Of a DNA stretch of 27,109 nt, positions 16,357 through 24,957 are shown piece by piece. Source of the stretch: a virus (Duplodnaviria; Caudoviricetes); the IMG/VR virus record IMGVR_UViG_3300015201_000010, positions 1 to 27,109 of that record. One strand, given 5' to 3'. The position numbers and the translations under genes were made by a program. Within the stretch, counting starts at the first letter, position 1. The number at the start of each line of letters is the position of its first letter. Below the pieces are notes generated by a model that made no database searches, had not been told where the DNA came from, and was given only the letters and a program-made list of their open reading frames with translations.

Positions 16357-17316
16357 ATGAGATTAGAAGGAGAGTTCACTTACGAAGTTGATGGAGAAAA
16401 AGTAAAATCAGTAGATGAGTTTTACAAATTAACAAACAATAAAAATTATAATCTAGTTATAGATGGATTGAATATAATAACTACAAGTAAAAGTGAGCCA
16501 TTCTTTTTAGACGAGGTTGTTTTTCATTCTTTTTCTCCGAAAACAAGTAAAAAACAAAATGAAAAGCTAGATTTAATCAGGGATACTATTCTTCAAAATA
16601 AAAGTTTACAGTTAGATCTTAATGACTTTCTTAATATCACTGGAGCAGATTCAGAAGAAGAATTAAAAGATATTCTAAATAAGCTAGAAAATAATAAATC
16701 AATAGCAAAAAAAGAATTAGAAAAAGCAACATATGAACTAAATTTTGACAAGGCTTATGATTTTAAACTTCCAGTGTCAGGAGTTATAAGTCACACAGGA
16801 GGTTCAGTTTTTGAAAAAATACAAGATTCTACTTTAGATGTCTATAACGCCATAACAGGTCATAGTACTAGACATAAAGCAAACCCTTCTACATTTTATG
16901 ATTTATGTGCAGGAATATGTGAAAACAAGAATCTTATTAAATCCTCCAAAGAAAGTGAAGGTATTCAATCTAAAGATTTTCCAGAAGGTTTTGGATGGTA
17001 TAATATGAAAAGAGGTAAAGTAATTGATTATTCAAAAAGTGGCGCGAAAGAAACTGAAAACAAAGTCGATTATTCAGAAATAGATTGGGATTTTATCGAA
17101 CAACTCGCTAAAAGAATGTCTAAAAATAAAGATAAGTATATTGTTAATAACTGGAAAGCACCAACAGATTTAGATAAATTAAAACAAGCTTTATTAAGAC
17201 ATGTATTAGAAGTTCTAAAGGGAAATTATGCAGATGGAGAAGATGAACTAGGACACTTAGAAGCAATAGCTCTTAATGCCCAATTCTTAAATTATCAGAT
17301 AAAAAATATAAAGTAA
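16357..17316 (+). CDS. protein with a C-terminal dATP/dGTP diphosphohydrolase (DUF5664-like) domain
   Basis: GAKETENKVDYSEI...KY..NNWK...ALLRH...GHLEAIALNAQFL. Confidence 0.75.
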   Translation: MRLEGEFTYEVDGEKVKSVDEFYKLTNNKNYNLVIDGLNIITTSKSEPFFLDEVVFHSFSPKTSKKQNEKLDLIRDTILQNKSLQLDLNDFLNITGADSEEELKDILNKLENNKSIAKKELEKATYELNFDKAYDFKLPVSGVISHTGGSVFEKIQDSTLDVYNAITGHSTRHKANPSTFYDLCAGICENKNLIKSSKESEGIQSKDFPEGFGWYNMKRGKVIDYSKSGAKETENKVDYSEIDWDFIEQLAKRMSKNKDKYIVNNWKAPTDLDKLKQALLRHVLEVLKGNYADGEDELGHLEAIALNAQFLNYQIKNIK

Positions 17317-17322
17317 AAGTGC

Positions 17323-17787
17323 ATGAAAAAACAATTTCTATTTTTAACAGAAGTAATTACAGTGTTAAATGAAAAGGGCGAGAAAAGATTAAATAAAAAT
17401 TCCAGTCCTAAAAAATCATCTGAACCTGGGATGAGTTTAGAATGGTTTTTAGAAAATAATTTAAAACCACCTAAACATTTAGAAGATCAAGAGTCAGAAA
17501 TTGATGAAGATGGTTTTATGACATTGAATGATGATGAACTAGAGTTTAAATTTCTTGATCTAATATTAGACTCTTCTGAGTTTTTAATGGCGACAAACGA
17601 TGAAGAAGGGTTTGGAAGTACAGTTACTCTTAAAAATCTATTTACCATAAAAGTTGAAGAAGACATAGATGAAGTTTACGGACAAATACTTTACAATGAA
17701 AGAGGTTGGTTTGAAAGACTTAAAGATAATGTTAGAAGTTGGTATTATAATTTCCACCAAAAAAGAAATAAAACAGAAAATAATTAG
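17323..17787 (+). CDS. hypothetical acidic protein
   Basis: 154-aa ORF. Confidence 0.75.
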   Translation: MKKQFLFLTEVITVLNEKGEKRLNKNSSPKKSSEPGMSLEWFLENNLKPPKHLEDQESEIDEDGFMTLNDDELEFKFLDLILDSSEFLMATNDEEGFGSTVTLKNLFTIKVEEDIDEVYGQILYNERGWFERLKDNVRSWYYNFHQKRNKTENN

Positions 17788-17815
17788 GAATATCCAACAA
17801 TAAGAATTACATTTG
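17784..17815 (+). promoter_or_regulatory. Bacteroidota-type promoter
   Basis: TTAG, N20, TACATTTG. Confidence 0.65.
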
Positions 17816-17834
17816 CATAACAAAAATAAGATAA

Positions 17835-18056
17835 ATGAAAGTATTAAAAGAAATTTGGAAATTACTAGTTGAAATAGCTAAACTTATTGCATTTTTTATA
17901 CCCACAGCGTGTATGATAATGTCACTAATTTACCTAAATAAGGGAGACGAATTAAAAAGCATATGGTACTTGGCTATGTCATTATGTTGGATGGTATCAG
18001 ATATTAGACATAGGTTGTACAAAATTAAAAGAAAGAAGATTAAAGTAAAAGAATAA
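17835..18056 (+). CDS. small membrane protein
   Basis: Two hydrophobic stretches and a basic C-terminal tail. Confidence 0.6.
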   Translation: MKVLKEIWKLLVEIAKLIAFFIPTACMIMSLIYLNKGDELKSIWYLAMSLCWMVSDIRHRLYKIKRKKIKVKE

Positions 18057-18081
18057 ATATAAACACTAAATAAATTTAAAG

Positions 18082-18837
18082 ATGGCAGCAAACACAGGCA
18101 GCAACAGTACAGGAAGGAAGATTTTTTACGGAGTTAGTTACGGTAAACTTCAAACTAGTGTAAAAGAAATACCTCAGGATTACACAGAAATTACAGAGGC
18201 AGATTTAAAGTCAAAAACACAAGCAGTAGAACAAATTGACTTAAGAAAAAAATACCTAGATAAAGGTAAAGGAGATTACCCCTATAAGATTTTTTATGAC
18301 TCTATCACAGGTGTTATTTTATCTCAAGAGAAATTTGAAAATGATAACGGGACGAATCTTAATTTAACTATTTTAGATACAGATGGAGATACGAGTATTC
18401 TTCAAGTAAAATTCTATTCTAAGTATAATGAGAATCTACTAAATAGACTTTTAAATTCAGATACCTCTAAAGAGTTTACATTTTTCCCTTATGCAATTCC
18501 GAACTCAGCAGAATTTGATGGAAGTACTAAAAGTTTTTACACTCAAGGAGTATCTTTAAAAGTTGCGGGAACAAAAATTGAACCAAAACATAAAGATAAA
18601 AGTAAAGATGCTAAATCACCACTACCAGATACAGAGCAAGTAAAGGTTCAAGGTAAGATGTCAACAAGTAGAGATAATAGACTTGATTTCTTATACGGAG
18701 AATTTGTAAAACACTTTACGCCAGGAACAACAGCTACGTCTCCACAACCTAAAAAAGAAGAAGAAAAATACCAAGGTAAAAAGGAATTTACAGAACCATT
18801 AGGTAAAGAACACGAAGCCATAGATTTACCATTTTAA
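18082..18837 (+). CDS. putative single-stranded DNA-binding or annealing protein
   Basis: Beta-rich core, flexible C-terminus ending IDLPF (SSB-type tail). Confidence 0.5.
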   Translation: MAANTGSNSTGRKIFYGVSYGKLQTSVKEIPQDYTEITEADLKSKTQAVEQIDLRKKYLDKGKGDYPYKIFYDSITGVILSQEKFENDNGTNLNLTILDTDGDTSILQVKFYSKYNENLLNRLLNSDTSKEFTFFPYAIPNSAEFDGSTKSFYTQGVSLKVAGTKIEPKHKDKSKDAKSPLPDTEQVKVQGKMSTSRDNRLDFLYGEFVKHFTPGTTATSPQPKKEEEKYQGKKEFTEPLGKEHEAIDLPF

Positions 18838-18857
18838 CATAAAATTAACAAATAAAT

Positions 18858-18877
18858 GCCCTCAGAAATGGGGGCTT
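18858..18877 (+). terminator. GAAA-tetraloop hairpin (weak terminator or stabiliser)
   Basis: GCCCTCA-GAAA-TGGGGGC with only TT after it. Confidence 0.5.
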
Positions 18878-18891
18878 AATAAATTAAAATA

Positions 18892-19314
18892 ATGACACCA
18901 GAAAATTTAAACGTCCATAATTCAGGATTTAGAAAAGATACAAAATTAGAAATTACAGGAGAAGAGTATGCTATTTCAGCAGGAGCAATAGAACAGTTAT
19001 TTAATGCAAATATTCAGTTAGTACGCCCTTTAAAGTACAGATATTATGATGAAAATGACGAGTTAGTTTTTTCTCCCTCACAAGAAGATTTAGAATCAGG
19101 AAAAGTGAAAAAGGAATTTGACCCTCTTGGTTTTATGAGTGCAAACAATCTAGTTGAAGCTTATGTGGGAGACCCTTCATTTGTTATTATGAAAGCTATG
19201 GAAAATAGATTTGCGATTCATGAAAGAGGGATTGAAGCAGGTAAAGCAGAACCTATTGAATTACTAATCGCCGAAATGAATAAATCAAAATTAGAAGTGG
19301 TAAATGAAGACTAA
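18892..19314 (+). CDS. hypothetical protein
   Basis: 140-aa ORF. Confidence 0.75.
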   Translation: MTPENLNVHNSGFRKDTKLEITGEEYAISAGAIEQLFNANIQLVRPLKYRYYDENDELVFSPSQEDLESGKVKKEFDPLGFMSANNLVEAYVGDPSFVIMKAMENRFAIHERGIEAGKAEPIELLIAEMNKSKLEVVNED

Positions 19315-19561
19315 AGAAGATTTTCAAGCCTTGTATCTAAAACAGCAAATTGTAAGTGTCAAGAAAAGACTAGGTAAAGAATGTACTTTCCTGGCTTTCG
19401 AAACAGTAAAAGATAAATTGTTTTTCAAGGCTAAAATGAATAAAGATAGAGTTAGAATACAAATTTCGTGTGGTCTTCAAGAGATAGGAAATGTTGAGTT
19501 TGAAGACCTATTTAAAATTTTAAATACAAAAAGTTATGTCGGGAATAAAAACACATTATAA
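19304..19561 (+). CDS. hypothetical protein
   Basis: 85-aa ORF overlapping its neighbours. Confidence 0.7.
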   Translation: MKTKEDFQALYLKQQIVSVKKRLGKECTFLAFETVKDKLFFKAKMNKDRVRIQISCGLQEIGNVEFEDLFKILNTKSYVGNKNTL

Positions 19562-19703
19562 TTTCTTTTTAGAAAGCGGAGACATATATGAGATGAATGA
19601 AAATGCAACTGGAGAGTGGGATACAGATAAAAAATGGTTCAGAGTATTATATAAATCAACACTTGAAGGCGTTAATAATATAGAAGTAGATTATGAAGAA
19701 TAG
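19536..19703 (+). CDS. hypothetical protein (55 aa, below the track cutoff)
   Basis: MSGIKTHYNFFLESGDIYEM...GEWDTDKKWF; fills the gap. Confidence 0.65.
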   Translation: MSGIKTHYNFFLESGDIYEMNENATGEWDTDKKWFRVLYKSTLEGVNNIEVDYEE

Positions 19704-19926
19704 GATATTTGGAGAATGGATTTTAGTAGAGAAAGAGCTAGTAAAACAAACTGCTCTTGATAAGACAGGAGAATTTAAAGGAGTTGTTAAGATTCTTGGC
19801 ATAGGAGGAAATTTAAAAAATACTTCTCTAAAAGAGGGAGATAGAGTTAGAGTAGGTAGCAATCCTTCTGATATTAATGGAGAGAGTTATATCTCAGAAC
19901 ACCAGATTTTACGCTGGGAAGAGTAA
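19693..19926 (+). CDS. groES: GroES/Cpn10-like co-chaperonin
   Basis: RIFGEWILVEK...VKILGIGG...LKEGDRV...GESYISEHQIL resembles PL.DRVLV...V.AVG.G...VKVGD.V...GE.Y...E.DIL. Confidence 0.65.
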   Translation: MKNRIFGEWILVEKELVKQTALDKTGEFKGVVKILGIGGNLKNTSLKEGDRVRVGSNPSDINGESYISEHQILRWEE

Positions 19927-19934
19927 AATATTTT

Positions 19935-19963
19935 AACCCACATGTAAAAATTGTGGGTTTTTT
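19935..19963 (+). terminator. intrinsic terminator
   Basis: AACCCACA / TGTGGGTT stem plus a T-run. Confidence 0.8.
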
Positions 19964-19964
19964 A

Positions 19965-19996
19965 TTTGCACATGTTATTAATAAGTTGTAGCTTTA
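19965..19996 (+). promoter_or_regulatory. promoter variant
   Basis: TTTG, N20, TAGCTTTA, immediately after the terminator. Confidence 0.6.
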
Positions 19997-20022
19997 CAGA
20001 AAATAATCTAAAACACTTAAGT

Positions 20023-20196
20023 ATGAAAAAATTAATTGCTTATCCGTTGTCTTGGGGACTTTATTATATTGGAGATTTTATTTGCAATATTCCTGACTTT
20101 CCTTATCCTATTTATAGTCAAGTGATGTTGTGGTCTTTAGAAGTGCAAGAGTATGGAGAATTAGAGAGTCCTTGGAAATCAAATAAAACAAAATAG
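20023..20196 (+). CDS. hypothetical protein (start revised to ATG 20023)
   Basis: The track's TTG start lies inside the terminator; MKKLIAYP follows the promoter. Confidence 0.65.
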   Translation: MKKLIAYPLSWGLYYIGDFICNIPDFPYPIYSQVMLWSLEVQEYGELESPWKSNKTK

Positions 20197-20198
20197 TT

Positions 20199-20939
20199 AT
20201 GCAAGAAGTAATTCAAAAATATAGAGTTGTAATATTAATAGTAATTTGCTCAATAATATTTGCTTCCATAAAATCATGCGTGAATAGACAAGTAGATGAA
20301 TTGAGAGGTAAAAACGAACAGCTAGAAGAACAAGTTAAAAAGGCTCAAGATGGAACAAAAGTCTTAGAAGAAAATAGAGTAAAACTTAAAGATTCAATTA
20401 AAGCTGAAAATGTTAAAAAAGAATTAGAATTAAAAAAACTTATGTCAAAAGTCTCTGCAAGTGAAGGCAATATAAAATACTTAGAGAAACAAGCTACTGC
20501 AAACAAGGACAAGATTAAAAATATGGACTTACAAGAAGTAGCTAAAACTCTAAATGAAACTTACAACAGTAAAGACGCTACAGCTTTATCAAGTTCTATT
20601 GATATTAAAAATTCAATGCCTTACAAAATCTTAGAGACAGTTGTAGATGCAAATACTGCGCAAGAAATAATTAAAGAAAAAGATGTTCAATTAGTTTCGA
20701 AAGACAGTATCATTAATATAAAAGATACTCAACTAAAAGATTCCTCTACTCTTCTCATATCTACAGAAAATAGTTTAAACTCATATAAGGAAGTTAGTGA
20801 ACTTCAATCTGATTTAAATAAAAGTCTTGAAAAAGAAAATAGTAAAATAAGAACGAAAAGTACTTTGAATAAAATATTAATTCCTGTAGCAGCAGGTATT
20901 GGCATAATAATAGGAAATAAAGTTGCAAAAAACAAATGA
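20199..20939 (+). CDS. membrane-anchored coiled-coil protein, spanin-like
   Basis: N-terminal hydrophobic segment ending ...IKSC, a long coiled coil, and C-terminal hydrophobic ILIPVAAGIGIIIG plus a basic tail. Confidence 0.55.
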   Translation: MQEVIQKYRVVILIVICSIIFASIKSCVNRQVDELRGKNEQLEEQVKKAQDGTKVLEENRVKLKDSIKAENVKKELELKKLMSKVSASEGNIKYLEKQATANKDKIKNMDLQEVAKTLNETYNSKDATALSSSIDIKNSMPYKILETVVDANTAQEIIKEKDVQLVSKDSIINIKDTQLKDSSTLLISTENSLNSYKEVSELQSDLNKSLEKENSKIRTKSTLNKILIPVAAGIGIIIGNKVAKNK

Positions 20940-21100
20940 TACAATACATAGTTAACAGAGAAAAGAAAGAAATAGAGTTTTTATCGGGGGGATCTATTGA
21001 AGAACTTAAAGAGTTAACTGAGCTTTTTAAAGATTATACTTTTAAATTCTCCGAAAAAGAAAATACAAAAACAAGGATAACAGTAGGGGGTAAATTATGA
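20936..21100 (+). CDS. hypothetical protein (54 aa, below the track cutoff)
   Basis: MIQYIVNREKKEIEF...; ATGA overlaps at both ends. Confidence 0.65.
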   Translation: MIQYIVNREKKEIEFLSGGSIEELKELTELFKDYTFKFSEKENTKTRITVGGKL

Positions 21101-22320
21101 TAGAAACAGTTAGACAATTTGTAGTAGAACAATTACATGATAATGCTTTTTTTAAAGGCGGAGCAGCCATAGCAGTATTATCAGCAGTTGGTTTTTGGCT
21201 TAAATCCTTTTTCCCGTGGATTTGGGAAAGAATTAAAAGGCAGTTTTCATATACCATGCGCATAGAATCAAAAACAGAAATATATGAAATATTTAATTTG
21301 TGGCTCAGAGAAAATCATTCTGATAAATATAAAAAAGTACTACTGTCTGTTGAGTGTGAGAATAAATGGAATGTAGATGGGGAGCCAAAAAAATATTCTT
21401 TAAAAGAAAATAATTTCGAATCTAGTTTTTATTTTTGGCAGAATAAAACTCCAGTGTTTCTACACTCGTCTAGAGAGAAAATGGAAAATGCAAGTTATGT
21501 AGAAAATGCACACATAGACAACTACACACTTACCACATACTTTAACAGAAACACCTTAAAAAAATTAATACAAGATGTTTTATTAGATTATAATTCTAAG
21601 TTAAAAGAAAAGACTGTTAGTCATTTACTAGAATATGTGAATTTTGACGGTTGGGTTAAGACAAGTGATTTATCAGGTAAGACTTTTGATAAAATATTCA
21701 ATCTAGAAAAAAATGAAATACTAGAAGATTTAAATCAGTTTTTTGATTCCAGAGAATTATATGAAAGAAGAGGCACTACATTTAAAAGAGGTTACTCATG
21801 TGAAGGATCTCCTGGAAATGGCAAAACGAGTACTGTAAATGCGATAGCTCAAAAACTTAAAAAAGATATTTACTCATTAAATCTCGCATCACTCACAGAT
21901 GGGAACCAACTTAGAAAAGCCTTTCAAGGGGTTAAAGAAAATAGTTTCATTTTAATTGAAGATATAGACTGTATGGTTAATGGGAGAGAAAAATTAAATG
22001 AGAAGATTAATTTTAGTGAAGTATTGAATGTAATTGAAGGTGTATCAAATAAAGTTGGGATATGTATGTTCTTCACAACGAATCATCCTGAAAATCTAGA
22101 CCCTGCTTTAATAAGAGCAGGTAGAATTGATAAACGAATTACATTTAAAAATCCGCGAAAAGAAGATGTAAAAGAAATGATTAAATTATTCTTTAACGAA
22201 GAAAGTGGAGAGTTTGAATACAATGAAGATAAAAGTGCTGCCGAATTACAAGAAATAATGATTCAATCAAAAACAGTGAGCGAAGTATTAGTAAGATTAG
22301 AAACTAAACAATTAGTATAG
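21097..22320 (+). CDS. BCS1-like AAA+ ATPase with an N-terminal membrane anchor
   Basis: TM-like GGAAIAVLSAVGFWL, KRGY..EGSPGNGKTS, Walker B ILIEDID, SRH TTNHPENLDPALIRAGRID. Confidence 0.85.
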   Translation: MIETVRQFVVEQLHDNAFFKGGAAIAVLSAVGFWLKSFFPWIWERIKRQFSYTMRIESKTEIYEIFNLWLRENHSDKYKKVLLSVECENKWNVDGEPKKYSLKENNFESSFYFWQNKTPVFLHSSREKMENASYVENAHIDNYTLTTYFNRNTLKKLIQDVLLDYNSKLKEKTVSHLLEYVNFDGWVKTSDLSGKTFDKIFNLEKNEILEDLNQFFDSRELYERRGTTFKRGYSCEGSPGNGKTSTVNAIAQKLKKDIYSLNLASLTDGNQLRKAFQGVKENSFILIEDIDCMVNGREKLNEKINFSEVLNVIEGVSNKVGICMFFTTNHPENLDPALIRAGRIDKRITFKNPRKEDVKEMIKLFFNEESGEFEYNEDKSAAELQEIMIQSKTVSEVLVRLETKQLV

Positions 22321-22806
22321 ATGTATAAAACTTATTTTAATGATGAAATAACTCCAGAGTCTGCAAATGAATTAGTAGACAAGTTACATTCTCAAGAAGG
22401 AGAAATAGAGCTATGGTTTTCAACTTGTGGTGGTGACTCAGCAGCTATGGATTTTATAATATCCTATTTAAATTCTAGAAAAGAGGAATTAGGAGTGGTT
22501 TTGACAGAAAGAGTTTGTTCAGCAGGTACACAATTATTTTTAGATTTTAAGGGAGAAATTAAAATTGCAGAAATAGATTATATATTATTTCATTATTCAG
22601 ACAGAGACTTACCTAGTAAAAACATAGGAAAAATAAATGTAAACGTCTTAAGAAAACAAGATAAACAAGAGAATAAAATTTTCGCCAAAAAACTTAAAAA
22701 GAAAAAACTATTAACTGCCAAACAAATGAAACAGTTTAAAAAAGGTGAAGACATAGTAATCTATAAAAAACAAATAATGAGTTGGAAGTACAAACAAGCT
22801 TTTTAA
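22321..22806 (+). CDS. ClpP/crotonase-like peptidase
   Basis: YFNDEITPESA...IELWFSTCGGD (cf. INSPGG), VCSAG (cf. AASMG, catalytic Ser), ILFH (cf. IMIH, catalytic His). Confidence 0.65.
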   Translation: MYKTYFNDEITPESANELVDKLHSQEGEIELWFSTCGGDSAAMDFIISYLNSRKEELGVVLTERVCSAGTQLFLDFKGEIKIAEIDYILFHYSDRDLPSKNIGKINVNVLRKQDKQENKIFAKKLKKKKLLTAKQMKQFKKGEDIVIYKKQIMSWKYKQAF

Positions 22807-22876
22807 AACACTATTTTATACACAACTATACAAGACTATTAAAACATAATTATAATCGCTTAAAACGAACAAAACA

Positions 22877-23173
22877 ATGATTAAACAACTATATGAGTTA
22901 ACTAGAGTGCAAGAGGAATTAGGAAAATACTTTGAAGATCCTAATTTTGCAGATAAATATGTCGAGCAAAACCATTATGACTTTTTCGAAATACAAGGTG
23001 AAAGTATATACTGGGGCTCAAATAAAGAGGAGTCTGAATATTCGGCAGAAATAAAAAATACAATAAGAAAAGAAGAAGTAGTTGCAGTATTAGTTGAGAG
23101 TGATTTTGGAGATGACGATTACTGGAATATATTTTATGCAAAAAACGAAATAGAATTTGAAGAAAATAATTAA
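22877..23173 (+). CDS. hypothetical acidic protein
   Basis: 98-aa ORF. Confidence 0.75.
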   Translation: MIKQLYELTRVQEELGKYFEDPNFADKYVEQNHYDFFEIQGESIYWGSNKEESEYSAEIKNTIRKEEVVAVLVESDFGDDDYWNIFYAKNEIEFEENN

Positions 23174-23185
23174 AAACAAACAAAA

Positions 23186-23482
23186 ATGAATTTAGAAAAA
23201 TTAAAAAACGAGTTAGGAGAAATTGCATCATCTATTGACTATAATAATAGCAATCATTATCAATTAAATGAGAAACTTTTATCTGAATCTTCAGCCCTAG
23301 AATCTTGTAATAAAGAACAAGTCCCCTGCCATAAAGAAGGTTTAATGGTTGAACTAAAAGATGTGATTCAGTATTTAAGAAGATTGTCAGAAAATCAAAG
23401 ACTAAATGTAGAAAGAACGACAGAATTAGTTAAAGGCGTAGAAGTTGAAATTCCTCTGCCAGTAGAATATCAAACGAGATAG
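23186..23482 (+). CDS. hypothetical protein
   Basis: 98-aa ORF. Confidence 0.7.
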   Translation: MNLEKLKNELGEIASSIDYNNSNHYQLNEKLLSESSALESCNKEQVPCHKEGLMVELKDVIQYLRRLSENQRLNVERTTELVKGVEVEIPLPVEYQTR

Positions 23483-23503
23483 AATCATATAGCATAATTA
23501 ATC

Positions 23504-23531
23504 AGCCTCACTTTAATCGGTGAGGTTTTTT
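23504..23531 (+). terminator. intrinsic terminator
   Basis: AGCCTCAC / GTGAGGTT stem plus a T-run. Confidence 0.8.
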
Positions 23532-23542
23532 ATTTAATTATA

Positions 23543-23556
23543 TTTTTCGCGAAAAA
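23543..23556. repeat. perfect copy of the dispersed palindromic motif TTTTTCGCGAAAAA
   Basis: 14-bp perfect palindrome. Near-copies occur at 7192, 9378, 11397, 14132, 15039, 16207, 22679, 24290, 24460, 24929, 26905 and elsewhere. Confidence 0.7.
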
Positions 23557-23577
23557 AGAAAATAAAGCAAAATAAAT

Positions 23578-23608
23578 TTTGAAATCTCATTAATAGTAAT
23601 TACCTTTA
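23578..23608 (+). promoter_or_regulatory. promoter variant
   Basis: TTTG, N19, TACCTTTA. Confidence 0.6.
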
Positions 23609-23623
23609 CAAAAAATAAATATT

Positions 23624-23944
23624 ATGAAAAAACTAATAGAACAATTAAACGCATTGAATCTTACACAAAACTCTTATAAATGGTTAGAAGATGAAGATAT
23701 ACCACAAGACATTTATGATGCATTTCTTAAAGATATGAAAGAAGTAGATTCCCAATTAGACATAGACAAACATAGATGGTATGAAACTTCAGTATCTGTT
23801 TATCAAATTGGAGATAAGTTTTTAGGTGTTGAGAGTGTTACAGATTTATTTTCAGAACAAATGGATTATAGTGATTGTAGACACACTTTAAACTTTTTTG
23901 AAATGGAGGAGTATTCAACAGTTTCATATCGAGTTAAGAAATAA
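23624..23944 (+). CDS. hypothetical phage protein
   Basis: 106 aa with a DKHRWYE segment. Confidence 0.8.
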   Translation: MKKLIEQLNALNLTQNSYKWLEDEDIPQDIYDAFLKDMKEVDSQLDIDKHRWYETSVSVYQIGDKFLGVESVTDLFSEQMDYSDCRHTLNFFEMEEYSTVSYRVKK

Positions 23945-23951
23945 TTATATT

Positions 23952-24110
23952 ATGAAAAAGATAATTGGATATTATATAATAGTCACCCTAATTTGGTTTC
24001 TTGCTTTAAGTTTTGATAACACACCTTCTTTTATGCTCTTGTACATATGCTTAATATTTTCTATGGGAACTTTAATACTTTTTAAATTACTTTTATGGCT
24101 ACTGGATTAG
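23952..24110 (+). CDS. small two-TM membrane protein (start revised to ATG 23952)
   Basis: Two hydrophobic segments. Confidence 0.6.
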   Translation: MKKIIGYYIIVTLIWFLALSFDNTPSFMLLYICLIFSMGTLILFKLLLWLLD

Positions 24111-24556
24111 GAAGCATTGACGGAGTAGATCACATAAACATTTACTCCAAAGGTAAAACAGAAATAGGTAGATGGCTTAGTAATTTTAGTTTGTCTCCAA
24201 TTCAAACAGAGCATGGTTGGTTTAATTCCATAGAAGGTTATTGGTATTGGCACGCAACTTTGAATGATAAACTACGAGAGTTACATGGATTTTCGGCAAA
24301 AAAACTTGGAAAAGAGTCTGAAAAAATATTAGAATTATCTCCAGAAGTATTTCAAAATAAGATAAAATCAGCTATAGACTTAAAATTAAAGATAAGACCA
24401 AGAGATATTGCAAACATTAATTTACCATTAGCTCATTATTATGAATATGGAAGTGGTAATTCCGCGAAAAGAGTTGAAAAACAAGAATATAATTGGATAA
24501 CAGAACATATAGAACTAAGAGTAAAGCAGTTAAAAGAATATTATGACAAGAGATGA
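24095..24556 (+). CDS. NADAR-like protein
   Basis: DGVDHINIYSKGKTEIGRWLSNF...FNSIEGYW...AKKLG resembles the NADAR LSNF...F.S.E.Y...AK.LG pattern. Confidence 0.55.
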   Translation: MATGLGSIDGVDHINIYSKGKTEIGRWLSNFSLSPIQTEHGWFNSIEGYWYWHATLNDKLRELHGFSAKKLGKESEKILELSPEVFQNKIKSAIDLKLKIRPRDIANINLPLAHYYEYGSGNSAKRVEKQEYNWITEHIELRVKQLKEYYDKR

Positions 24557-24947
24557 TACTAAGGATATTAAAATAGGGTCAAAAGTCTACATATGGGGGA
24601 ATAAAGAAAAACCGCAAAAAGTAATTTGGAGAGGTTTAGGTACTTTAGGAACAGGTAGTCCTAGAGACATTAGATTTGAAACAGGAATGTATTTTTCTTT
24701 AAATGATCCCTCACAAATAGAATTTGCACCAGATGATGTTGAAACAGAACAATTGGATAAAAGTTTAATAGTAGTGATAATCCAAAACGGTAACAGTAAA
24801 ACAGATTTTTTTGAGGTGAAGGTTCCTTCTAGCAATAACTTTAACGAGAGAAGTTTTTATTTTATTTCTAATGGAATTAGTGCAGACCCAAATGGGCACT
24901 TAGTTACATATAATGAGCAATTTATAAATTCCGCAAAAAACAAATAA
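24543..24947 (+). CDS. hypothetical protein
   Basis: 134-aa ORF. Confidence 0.7.
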   Translation: MTRDDTKDIKIGSKVYIWGNKEKPQKVIWRGLGTLGTGSPRDIRFETGMYFSLNDPSQIEFAPDDVETEQLDKSLIVVIIQNGNSKTDFFEVKVPSSNNFNERSFYFISNGISADPNGHLVTYNEQFINSAKNK

Positions 24948-24957
24948 AAAGAATATT

